NCBI RefSeq assembly: GCF_000181795.1
Contig: NW_003526944.1
Coordinates: 2,531,434-2,595,433, forward strand
Length of the DNA: 64,000 nucleotides
Reading direction: 5' to 3'
From: Trichinella spiralis
Taxonomy: Eukaryota
This document shows, piece after piece, positions 36,909 to 49,900 of the stretch (position 1 is the stretch's first letter; each line of letters begins with the position of its first letter). Both the position numbers and the translations under genes were made by a program. The notes beneath the pieces were generated by a model. The model saw only the letters and a program-made list of their open reading frames with translations, was not told the DNA's origin and did no database searches.

Positions 36909-39900
36909 TATGCATCCTAACTTTTACGCATTAAATGATTCAAGTAAAGATTCTTACTTTGTGTACTTATATGTAGTTGGACTTGGACTTGTACGGACTA
37001 ATACTACTTGGACTAATACGGACTTCTTAAGTCTTCCATTCGATGATGTAATCGAAAGTTATCATCATAAAAATCAGTACTTACCCGTTATAGCGATGTA
37101 TAGCGACTGTATACCAGTTAGTTTCAACGTCTCTATTGCTAAAATCTGAAAAAATCTATTACTTCTTACTCATTTCCATATGCCAAGCCAAATAAATACA
37201 AGCAGGAAACGCCACTATGCCAAAACTATGGCATCGGCAGGGGATCCATAACATTTCCATTGGATGCCTCAAACTAAAATTATCACGTACAAAATCTCTT
37301 CATACCTATTTTCAACATGCCACAATTACAACCACTAAACGCCAAGTCGAACTGTCACGGTGGGAGAATGTATACTGATTCCATATCTGTTACCATGTTG
37401 TAGAATATTCTATTCCTATCATAAGCAATATCTAATTCATTCTTACATATAGTGATAAGAAAAACTTCATTGTGACGTTTATATGAACTTCAAGTAACAC
37501 TGGGTTACTACGGTAATGACATAACAACTCTTTGATAGCAAAAGTGTAATCCATTGTCATGAATTTTTTGCATTTCTTGTAATAGCCTGAAAATTATTTC
37601 AAAGTTAAATTGGAGAAATAAAACAGACGACAAAATGATTTGCGTTTGAAAATTATTATGATGCACTGTTATTCGTCTTCAATTACTTTTTATAATATGG
37701 CGGTTTCATGTAAGTTATTGCAATTCAATTCAGATCATATATACTGTACGCAACATTCATGCATTACTTACTTGTTATGCATAAGCAAAGAAATCAATCA
37801 TGTAACGAAACATTCCATTTGAAGTATTCTACAGCATGTTTTTTGAAGAAATTTCTAAAGCTATGGGAGAATGTAGGGAAGGCAAGTTAGCAAACGGATC
37901 CGTAACTTCGGAACAAAGATTTAAAAGCTGGGCCGATTGTCCTTTAAGCATGCAGTATATGCTTGGCAGAGTTCTGTTGAGGACTTTACCGATTGTTACC
38001 GTTTGTCGAAACAATCTGTCATCATCTGATCACTTCTGAAGCAAAGCTGGCTGACAGACCGGCACTTTCAGAACCTAAAATAAGCGGCTGTCTGTTTATT
38101 TGTCAGACCGTTTCCGTCGGCATTCAACAACCAAGTTAGAAATGGCACGGAAACAAGGAATCTTGAATCAAATAATCAAAAATACTTTTCAAAATTATTA
38201 TGATGAGTAACTGATCATCTTCACTTACTTTTTATAATATAGCTGTTAAATAATACTTGATATAAACGTGAAGTGATGTGAATTTCTGAAAGTGAATTTT
38301 ATTAGTGTAGTCATCTCAAATTAAAAAACAGTAATACGTACTTCTCTGTCCTCAGCATCTGAGGTAGCTGAAATTTAGAAAAAATAATACAGTCACAGAC
38401 ACCCTTTAGTTCCCAATCACCATATTAGTAGAGTAATACAAATGACATGCATGACATAACACCACCACTATGCATAATATAACTTACCTAATATTCACAG
38501 ATAGCATTGAAGAGCGGAATTATAGTTGATCCCCTTCGTGCTGCCATAGCCATAAACTGAATAACGGAATGTGTACAAAGTACTCTGATTAAACATATAG
38601 CGCTGAGTAAACTATGCAAATAATAAACCACTTTGTCTGCGGTGGAACAACCTAATTTGAATGCAGTAATAGCACAGTGAAATGAATATAGCGAACAATT
38701 TTATTTAATAACATGATGAAATTTATTACGTTTTTATTTACACACTGCACATTACTAAGCAAAATAGCACTATTATGCAAATTTCTTTTGTTAAAATTAG
38801 ATGAAATGAACACTTATTAACCTGAAGCATTGCAAATTACTAAAAATAATCGGAAATGCTATTATCGCGTTGCTGAATTTATTTGCTAGAACGTTGGACA
38901 AGAACAAACAAAGTATATCACTCGAATAATATTTCTCTTATAATCTAAGGTACATGGATAATAATTAAATGGCTTCTACTGAAATTAGTATAGAGAATAA
39001 AAACATTTCTGAGATTTGTAAAACATTAAATAACATTAATGAAATTTTATTGTAAACATTACCACATAAATTATTAAATGCTAATTCTGAACAAAGCAAG
39101 CAGATTTAAATATCCAAAGTAGTATTCATTTTCTGTTTCAATGAATTAATAGCTGCTGTAGCGGATGACAATTACAATTAATTACGAGTAATGCACAAGT
39201 AAAGATGACAAAAGAATAAATTCAACCAAGTATAAAATAAATTTAGCTTCAAATTCATCTATAGAAAAAAATGTCCATGAAAAGAAGAACCAATGAACGA
39301 CTTATTCGTTACGTCGCAATCATTTCTTCGAATTATGTATAAGCTGTACATTTTGATAAAATCAATGGACAAATAAATTGCTAAACTTATAGATTTTCAT
39401 ATTGTGAATCATAGAGTGCAATTTAACATGGCTGCTCAAGGAAATCAAGAGAGTTACATACAGAAAGGACTTTCAGAGTTCAGTTTATTCAAGGATAAAA
39501 ACGGAATACTGATTTCAGTTAATGGGCCAAGGTTTGTAAAGAATTGTCCCCACTTCATGACAGAGATATCCCAAGGAAGAAAGTGAATGCTTGAGAACGC
39601 TAAAACATAGCAGCAGCTGTCTAAACACTTTTAAACACAATAAATGCAGGAGTGCTTGGCAACTGTATCAATTCAGAGGAAAAGCAGGCAGCTTCAAGAG
39701 CTGGTGACATTTAGGATTTAGTACAATGAGTGTGCATTTCCAGTCGATAACACTGAGAAAGTACACTAAGATTTATCCCAAGTCACCACGGTTAAACGTT
39801 CTCTGTTCAACGGATAAGCATGATTCCGGTTCTTATTGGTGTCTTCTAGAGCAAGTAATATTTCTCATTTATTGGGAGGGAAAGGCAATAATGAATGCGG

Positions 39901-42384
39901 GGAAAAAAGGAGGGAGAATTGGTGGGATGTAGGGAGTGAAAGTTGTTATAAACTGAATCGTTATCATTCAATCAACTTTCACCTTTACTAATAAGGCGTT
40001 GCCTTTAATCTGTCAATATAATCAATAGCTGGGAAGGTAACGTCGAGTTCCAAAGGATGGAGAACATGCACATTGATTTATATACTATCTGTCTTCATAA
40101 TACTAGTAAAATAGCAGAACATTTCACAGTTCGCTTTCAAAGATATTGGACATGATAGGACAGATTACAATTTGAATATTCGAGGGTAGGAATGTCGGCT
40201 GAAGTGCACAAGAACGAGAGTATTTATCAACAAAATAGAAACTACAAGATGATGAAATAGATCTGTCGCATCAGCAACTTGTATTACAGAAAATATAAAA
40301 GAGAATGTAGAAAATACTCAACTGTTATTTCAGTACAATGACACAATTGCCCTTTTTGAGAACTATGAAGAAAAAGCTTTTCATTGTAAATCAGTGATTT
40401 ATTTCATGAATATTATCAATTATTAAGCTCTGTCTTTCCAGCGCGATTCAGAATGGCGCGAAAATCCCAGAATCATGGAACAGGAAAGAACTGCCTTTCT
40501 ACTCATGCATTTCAAGAATTCTCTGTACATTGAACTAAACATAAATTATGTACCTTATTATGATATACTACAGTTCATTCGAAAATATCTTGAAACATCT
40601 CTAAAAGTGTAGCTGAAACAGTTATTTTCATTGATGAATGAAAATTTGCATAAAATTGAATTTTCAATTAACAGTTCTGAAAAATGCATTTGCAGGTTGC
40701 TCTTTATTTACTAATCTATTTCGTAAACGCTGTTACGTTCTTATTTACACATTTCATAATATGACTTTACTCATATGAAAACGCATTAGCATGCAAATTT
40801 ATTTGACTGAAATCACCTAAATACCTGTGAAGCTGAATTCATAAAAACGACCGAAACATCTAACTTTCATTCTACCATATTATTTCACATGCAAAATATC
40901 AATCTGAGCAAAACAATTAACTCAAATATATGAAAACAACATGAAAAACTTTCCTAATAAATAAAAGAAATCAAATTAGCATTTCTTTAGGAGAGAACTC
41001 GTTGAATTTCACAAAATACAGAATTTCAAAACATCTGGGTGCTACATTTACAAGAAAACAATGTATTTTTGTTATATTGTACTAAATTATACTAAATGAA
41101 TGAATTTTGATTTGGATTTGTTGTTAAAACATTAAATAATTTCAATTTAAATAAATCTGATGTGTCATCACCATCAAAATCGCTTTTGAAGAGTGGTGAA
41201 AAGTGAAAATCCTTTGATTATACTTACTTCCCAGGTTTTTTTACAATTTTTTACTTTTTATTTAGGAATTCGAAAAACGATCTAATAAAATGTCGTCTGC
41301 TATTTGAATGTTATTAGAGATGATGAAGTTTTAGTTTCACTTTGCAAAAGTTATAAATGAATTTCTATGAAAAGTGGCAATGTTTTATATAGTGCGTTTT
41401 AAGAAAGAAGAAAAGCGAAAACTGAACAGTAAATATGAAAAACGGCTTACCTGATAGCAGGGATGTTGATCATGAAATATGAAGGCTTTTATAATTTCGA
41501 ATCAATGCTGGTATTTGTTGAAGTGAAGCACCAGAAATGAGCAAATTACCCGGCGCCGTAACGAGAATGTTCTTCATTAGCAAATACTCATATAATAATC
41601 GCCTAAAAATAATAAACCTGCCTTTATATATATAATAAATTGCTTTTAAACTTTGAATGAATGCCGTCAGCAGTGTTCGTCATTAAATTTGCATAAAGTT
41701 AGTTAATAATAATAATAATAAGTATAGTTCGTTGACCTCTTTGTAATTGCACGTATGTTTGCGCAGTGTGAAATGAGGCACTAAGCTGCTTTCAAAGTGC
41801 TTGAAGGCATAACATTATTTAGCGGTTGTAGATGCTGCCTACTGAGTTTTCGCATCTGAAAAAGTAAATTCATCAATTTATCGGTGTGGTTTTACTCGGT
41901 CCCGCTTTTCTCTCATTGGTCTTTGCCCACGCTATTTTATTAGACCGTCAAATCTTTGTCGTATTGGTTTTCATTTTATTTGGCCGTGAAGTCTTTGTCG
42001 TAATGGTTTTTTTTGTCTAATTGCTCATTGATTCAAACTCTTCAGTTATGATTAAGATTTGACGATCCAATAAAATAGCGTGGGTAAAGACCAATGAGAG
42101 AAAAGCGGGACCGAGTAGTACCAAACCCAATTTATCAGTTTTCCAAATACCTCGTAAGAAAGTGCTTTATACAGAAAAAGTCTCGAATAACTCCAAAACA
42201 AATTTTTGAAAAATGAACCGCAAAAGTGGAAAAAAACTTTTTAAATGTCAATAATGGTGTGGGCAGTTTTGGAATGTTACGTTAGTTAGTTAGGAAAATA
42301 ATTTGCATAAAAGTAGCTGTGAATGTGATGCTTACCGTTTTCATTGAAGCAATGCCCGTTAAATGGGTTGGTTTTCAGCGTTGT
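36909..42384 (-). repeat. Right arm of large inverted repeat (~5.5 kb including a MITE insertion)
   Basis: Reverse complement of 27197-32497, with scattered SNPs and indels plus a 245-bp insertion. Confidence 0.95.
41883..42127. mobile_element. Non-autonomous DNA transposon (MITE), Mutator/MULE-like, 245 bp
   Basis: 74-bp imperfect TIRs (41883-41956 GGTGTGGTTTTACTCGGTCCCGC... and 42054-42127 ...GCGGGACCGAGTAGTACCAAACC). 9-bp TSD CAATTTATC at 41874-41882 and 42128-42136. A single un-duplicated copy of the target sits in the other arm at 27447-27455. Confidence 0.92.
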
Positions 42385-43996
42385 TCGTACTGGATGTAAT
42401 ATGCTTCAGTTTTCTTGTTATCCAATACAAGCATTACTGATGTGGAAATTTTGATGTATGTCCATTGAACCCAAGTGAACCATCAGCGAGTGATGAATGA
42501 TTCCACAGACGAATGGGCTTTCGACGTGAACAGTTTACAAAATATTTATTGTGGAATAAAAGTGAACAAAATTACCGGATGTTAGCTACTTAGTTGTTTT
42601 GGGGAAGTAAATCTAAAAAAGTGCAAAAAAGATCTTGTCTAGTTTGTGAATGTTTCATCATAGATATTGTACAATGTATAATGACAAGTAGAGAGGTAAA
42701 TGAAAATGTACCACTGTTTCTAGTTTGACGAGTAACGTGAAACGTTACACTGGTTATTGTTTTATTTGTATCTGTTTAAGAAAAACGATTTTGAAAACTG
42801 GAACATGCGTCTGCATGTACATGTATGTATGTAATCATGCAAAAACGCAATATATCCCTAAATATTATATGCAAATTTTCTACGAGGAATGTTTGCAATA
42901 GATCGAATTTATCTTTTCCCTTTCTTCTTTACATATTAATTGAAAGAAATAAATTGACAACACAATGCTTTGGAACAAATCAAATCAAATCAAATCGAAG
43001 AGAAATCAGCAATTGAAAAAGTAATACATGAACACCACTGAGCAATGAATGTATCGTCTATTGTTAACCTGAAAAAGTATATCGAAAAAATATACTTACT
43101 TGCACACATGTAACAACAACATATTAATAATATTGTATGCAAATTATCAATTGGATATTATTATTATGGAGTGGAGTAGCAGAATAAATATATTTAGAAA
43201 AGATGGTAACACGGGAAGAGAGAGAGATTAAGAAACTGCAACGGAACGCCGGCCGCACAAACAAACCATGCTCAGACAGAAGAAAGAATGATGACGATAT
43301 ATAAAATCAAGTCTTGCAAATTTTAAATTCAGATCCACAAATCAGAATTGACCAATCAGATTGCGCTGTGAATTAATTCTCCGGGCGGTTACAGATAGAT
43401 AGATAGATAGATAGCCTTTAATTATTTTCTTTCACTTTCCGCATTTATAGACAGGCACAACAACCAGAAATGTAATTCATTACTTATTATTATTCATCTA
43501 TTCAATTCAACGTTCAATGAATGCATTTTTATTTTTTTCAACTGTTTTTTCCATTCATCAAAAACAAAGTCTTCAAAATTTACAACTTCATCTTGGGATC
43601 ACACAAGTGAAATATTGCTGACAATGCAGTCGGTGACAGTTGCAGTTGCAAATTGGAAACAAAGCGAAAAAAATGCTTTCCTTTCTCAGTTGATTATTAA
43701 TTATTATTATCATTAACAATACACAAAAAACAACTTGTAACAAAATTCGGAACATGTTTAGATAAATAATAGACATTAGACACCGACATAAGATATACAT
43801 ATATACGTACGTACATGTGGATAAATATAATGTATGCATGGATTATGCATATGTGCAGAGAAAGAGAGAGAAGAAAGAGACCAGTTGTGGGAGAAATTTT
43901 TTTTAAAAAGAAAGTCGGTAGAAAATATTAAAAATAAATAATTATTAAATTAGAATAAAAAGCGGAAAGAATTGGTTAACGCGCAAGTAGATTGGA

Positions 43997-46900
43997 TTAA
44001 CATTGGGTAGTTTTGAGTTGAGCAAATTCAGCGGCCGCAGTGATGACCGTATTGACGACAGCAGTAGCTTGACAGCAGACGTTATTCGTATCGGCGGTGG
44101 TCGCAGCGGGGGACGACGAAGACGACGACGAAGAGGAGGACGAGGAAGAGGAAGAAGAGCAAGAGGAAAAGCAGATACTGCTGCTAGCACACGGATCCCA
44201 ACTGCGACGATGCTGCTGATTGGCGCGTTGGGGGGCGAATTTTCCGCATGTCGACGTCGGCTTTTTCTCTTCATGGCCGTTCACTGAAACGCTTTTGTCA
44301 AGTGGACGCTTGTGCAGCGACGTCAGTAGCAGCATTTGTTCAGCCGAAGCCGACTTCTCTTGCAGCTTACTCAAATTCAGCGCCAGCCGTTCGTTGGTGG
44401 CCAACAGCGCTTGGATACGGTCGCGCTGTTCGTCGATCAACTGCTGCTTCTGGGCACTGGAATTCATCTCCTGCTGCAGTTCCTCTTCCACAAGTCTCAA
44501 CCGATGCAATATCGGCTGCACCGGATCTGAGGACCATTTGATCGGCACCGATTCTTCATATCTACAGTAGAAGAAATTTTTAAAAAATTCAAAATAAAAT
44601 AGAACCAATTAATAAATGAAATGAATAATAATAAATTCACTTTTGTTTCCAAGTTCGTTCACGCAGTTCAGCCTGTTGAAGTCGACTCTGAGATTCGTCC
44701 AAACGTATTCTCAACTCTTGCACTTCTCGGGCCAGCAGCAACTGAAATGTGATTTATTATACAATACAATACAATACAATAACATCAATAATAATTAATA
44801 TTACAAGAACAAAACAAACAACATACCTCTGCCGTCTGCTGACAACCACCGCTTCTTTGGTTGAGCTGCTCACCCGAAACAGAGGAACCGCTGGCGATTG
44901 GGCACGAAATCGGCGGCACCGCGTTCACTGCAGCTATTGACAACGACATCGCTCGACTATGGTGGTGACCACCGGCGAAGTGAGGATTTGTTCTTGGGCG
45001 AGGATATTTGTTGTTGTTGTTGCTGTTGTTAGAAGAGACCGTCTAAAATGGAAAATAAAAAAAAACTGATAGATAGATGCAATGAAATAAATGTGTCTGT
45101 GATTTTGAAAAAAAAACACTGTTGCAAGCAACATTTCGGAACTTTCCTCCCAATACAATTAAAGTATAATTGTGTGCAAAGTGATATTTGAATTGCAATT
45201 GAATAAACAAAAAGAAAGAGTAAAAAATTTCGATCGCATACTTCCATTTGAGAACTTGCATGATGATTTGTGGAAGAGGACGTCGACGACGAGGACGACG
45301 ACGAAGAAGATGAAGTAGAAGAATTTGTTGCCGTATGAAATGTATCGACCGAATCGATGGAACGTAACGGTGGTGCTCGCCGGAGCAAACGATCCACGTC
45401 AGAGGCACTACTGGCAGGCACAGCAGCTGTAATCGTAGTAGCAGTAGCAGAAGTAGTGGTGACAATAGTAGTAGGAGAGGCGGTGGCAGCAGCAGCAGAA
45501 GCAGAATTATCAGGTTTGTTCGTTTTAGCAGATGAAGACCATACAACGGGTACATGCTGCAGGGAATAGAGTGGATTGGCCACAGCGAGGGAAATGTCGT
45601 TGGACATTGTTGCCGACGAAGATGTCTGATCAGCAGCTGGCAAACGTTTCTCTGAACATCCGCTGCTGCTGTCTGCGCTGCCCACTGGACTGTTGCTCAA
45701 CGAGTTGTAATCCGACGTGCCAATCGTCGACGGTTCTACAGTAATCGGATTTTGTGCATTGGAGGAAGATTTGAACAACAATGACGTGGTTTCGTCGACA
45801 TAGCATATATCATCCGAACAAGCAGCAGCAGCAGCAGCAGTGGCACAACCACCAAAACTGAAATCACCTCCGCCGGCCACAAGCTGCTGCTGCTTTTGCT
45901 GCTGACCTGCGCTGATGTTCCCGTCCGCTGTTGTGGTTGTTGCTGCAGTTGTGGTGGTGATCGTTGTTGGCAATGCAGTGTTGTTACCAGTGGACTGGGT
46001 AGAAATGGATCTGCCCAATTCGAAACCGTTCGCTTTCGATAACGACAACTGCTGTTTCAAACGGCTCTGCTGTACCATCAATCCCATACGACGAAGACCA
46101 ATGTTCTCATCAACTGCATTATACCACAAGTCATCATCTGTCAATGCTTTGGAACGTTCATCTCCACTGCTGTCAAAAGACAACGCTACACAAGGTGATT
46201 CACCCTTATTCTCATAATCTGAAGAGCCAGCCGATTCTGGAGAAGCTGAACTACAGCACGATATGTCTGACATGTTGTAAGCGCAACTGACGTCGTCAAC
46301 AATTTTACAAAGACGATTCAAATTTTCCCAATTACTTTTCTAAATATAGCAACAACAACAACAATTAATTAATTAATTAATTAATTAATCAGTGAAGTGA
46401 ATAATAACCAATAGTAACAACAACAGCAACAACAAAGCATTCTGTAATTTTTCAATTACTTTAGCAACTGCTTCCGGAAGTACTTCAATCAAATAACTGT
46501 GCAACAATGACAACTCTTTGCCTAAATCAATCACGCCACTCCACTCGGTAGTTTTGCAAGGAAAATTCGTACACAACGGGCTCTGTGTAATATGAATTTT
46601 TGAATGGTGAAAAATTAAAATTTCAAAAAGAAAAAAAGAATTACAGATATGCGACGCAAAAATTGTCGCATGTGTTGCCATTCTCCTTCGACGAACCGAT
46701 TCATGAATTCCATGTAATGTTCTTTGGCGCCAAATTTCGTAAAATTAGCCAACGTTTGCACCGTTTTGGCGACTAGAGTTAAATTTCGAGCTGTTTTCCC
46801 GTACGGATATTCTGCAAATTGACAAGCCGATCAATTCAGATGAAAATTAATCAATTCACAGAGACGAATATGAAAAAATCATCCTCACCCTGGACTAAGT

Positions 46901-49900
46901 TGAATAGACTGGGCGAAAGAATTGCAGGGCAAAGAAAGCGAAGAAATATACTAGATGAGATCAAATTGTCGGCCAATTCTCCACGTCCACAATCAGCCAG
47001 ACGATTACGCAACTCGTGAAAAACTAGCCGAAGCTCTCTTAAAATATTAAAATTAAAAATGAATGACTAAACAAAATTTCATCGAACAAATAATAATTTA
47101 CATTGGAAACTCGTAAAAAGAGTTCAAAATTCTTCCCCAAGCAGCATGAACTGTTGTTAACAGTGCTTCCTGATGTTTGACAATATCAGCCGAAGCTGGC
47201 AATTTCTCCGGATCCACCTGAGAAAATAAATTGTCAATGTTACTTATGAAGAAGAAGAAGAAGAAGAAGAAGAAGAACTATTTGCCGTTTCATCATATAC
47301 CTCACAATCTTCACCCGAATCTTGAACACTTTGAACAAATGACGCCAACGTCCGTTGGATATACTGCTCACCGATCATTTTAATGTACGCTTCCATCGCT
47401 TTTGTCGCCAAAGAATTGCCACGGAACATCAAATGGTCGTTCTCTGCAATGCACAAATTAAATTAATATATGCATGCATGTACAACTTTCAGCTACTAGT
47501 AATTCTGACGAACATACCCAGTGTTTTAATTTCGCTCATGATGAGATCACAAAGAAAATGTTTGGCTAAATTTTGAGAATGCATGATTCGTATCAGACTT
47601 GTGGCAAAATCTTCCTACAATTTAAAAAAGAAATTATCCATCCGATTGAAAAGTAAAAGAAAAGAAAAACTTTTTTCCAACATACCTTTGCTTTCACTCC
47701 CAAAACAGGTTCCAAAGCTAAACACGTTTCAAGATATTTGTCAGTTAAAAACTACAATAAATAAATGTAAATATTTTAAAATAAAAATGACAATTTTTAT
47801 AAATTCACTTGTAGCAGTCTGCTGTAAGCTTTCAACGGTAAGATGCTAATACTCTGAAATCGAGCTTTCACCCGCAGTGAAATGGTTTCGCCTTTGCTGG
47901 CTGATTTCTCTTGGCCATTTAAAACGTACCTCAAAAATGATAAATTGTTGCAAAAATTCTAATTTAAATATTTCTGTTTCGTTCACCATTTTTCCACTGC
48001 ATATTTCGAGCAAAGTTCTCGTACAGGTATGCGAACTGAGCCAACCAACGTATTGCGATCTTTGCGCTTCTTTCTCTCAGATTCGCGGTAGAGGCAAATT
48101 TTCACCTCGTCCAATTTTATCAAATTACTAAAACAACGAATAAAAAATACATATAAATATAATAATTCGTCTAGCGCAAAAATCACAAAAAAGCAAGCAA
48201 ATAAATAAAACAAAAATTTAATATTAACAGAATAAAATCTTACTTTACAACAAACTGTTCACCCCAAAAGCAAATGTCCTGATTAAGTTTAGACGACGTC
48301 CTCGAATAGAGTTGGCTATCCAAAGCGAGTTCACAAAAATAACTGAAAATAAACAAAAAAAATTATTATTAATTAGATTAATATCAGATTCAAGTGGTGC
48401 AAAATTACCGTCGTTTCGCCGTTACGCCTTTTGCTTCAAGAATCCACACTTGCAACGATTTCTCTTTTCTTCTCATCTGATCCCGATTGGGCTGCATTGC
48501 GTGATTAAGGCTGCAAAACAAACAATATTTAATATTTCTGCTTCACAATGAAAGCAAGTATTGCATGCAAAGTAAATCTAAAAAAGAACAAAATCAAAAT
48601 TTTACGACCTTTCTTTTTACGCCATGCTTCAACAATAATAAAACTGAAAAAAACAACATATACCATTTATTGTAAAATTTCAAGAGACTGTGCAATAAAT
48701 ATGCAAATACGGGTGAACATTAAATCAAAAATCAAATCAAAAATTTATTGCCCCAATAAAGCTATAAAGCACAACAACAAAAGAAAATGATTCAGAATTT
48801 GTGCAGTAAAAGCAGGTCGATCAATCAAATCAGTCACTACGCAACAATCACGAAACAAACAAACAAACAAACAAAAACGTGACACTGTCATACTGTGCGT
48901 CACAATAGTACTAAAAGCAATGCTTTAAAATTTAAAAATACAATTCCAACCTGATTATCGTAAAGTTAAGTACACAATCTCCGCTTTAAAAAAATAAAAA
49001 AAACTCATTCAATTAAAATAGCACTGAAGAAAATGAGCAAAAAAAATTAAACTGAATTAAATTAAGACCAAGTAATTCATTAACAAAGAAACACAACAAC
49101 AATCAGTGCAGAATCAATCAGCCGATGCAGAAAATGAAAACAAAAAAAAAGATGACAGTTGTGCGTCTGAATCCGTTTTAAAAAAAATACTCTGCCAACC
49201 GTATTGTGCGTTTCAATTTACAAATGAACTATTTTGAAATTTCAAACACCCCCATTTGAACATTTGAATTTTTAAAGGAAATTATATATAAAAAAATAGA
49301 AATTTAAAAATAATAAACAAAAAAATTTGTTAAATTTGAAAAATAAATTGTTCATCAAAGAAATAAAAAAGAAATCTTAAAAAATGCATACAAAACAATA
49401 TACAGTATGCCAAGAAAAAAGTAGGTATAAACATTAGTCGAATTTTAAATTTAAAAAGTTCTGAATAGTTCTGTTCGGTTAGTCAAGTGAAAGTGAATAT
49501 ATATATATATATATATTTTTTTTATGTGTAAGAAAAAAAGTTTCGCATACCTGTAAAGCCAACGATCCCGTTCGGCGGCTGTTCCGCAGGAGAAATATTT
49601 GGGCGTGGCAACGCCGGCTGAATTGACCGTCGTGACGCGAAAACAGTTCGGCGTTGCTAACAGCGACGAGTGGACGGACGAAGCTGAACAGCCGGCGTTG
49701 GACAGATCCACTACAGTATTGCAGCAGTTGGTGTTGGTGTTGGTGTTGCTGCTGCCGGTCTGGGGCAGCAGGCAAGCGGCCGCGCTGCTGCTGCCGCCGC
49801 TGCTAATAAGCAACGAATCGTGAGATCTCGAATTGCGCACCTTGTTCAGATCGTTCCAAGCCGACGTCGACGACAACGCCCCGTTTCTGAAAAACCAACT

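Noticed and set aside
44003..46217. Plus-strand ORFs antisense to RasGAP exons (e.g. Arg/Gly-rich 44003-44287)
   Set aside because: Antisense shadows of Ser/Ala/Thr homopolymer-coding sequence.
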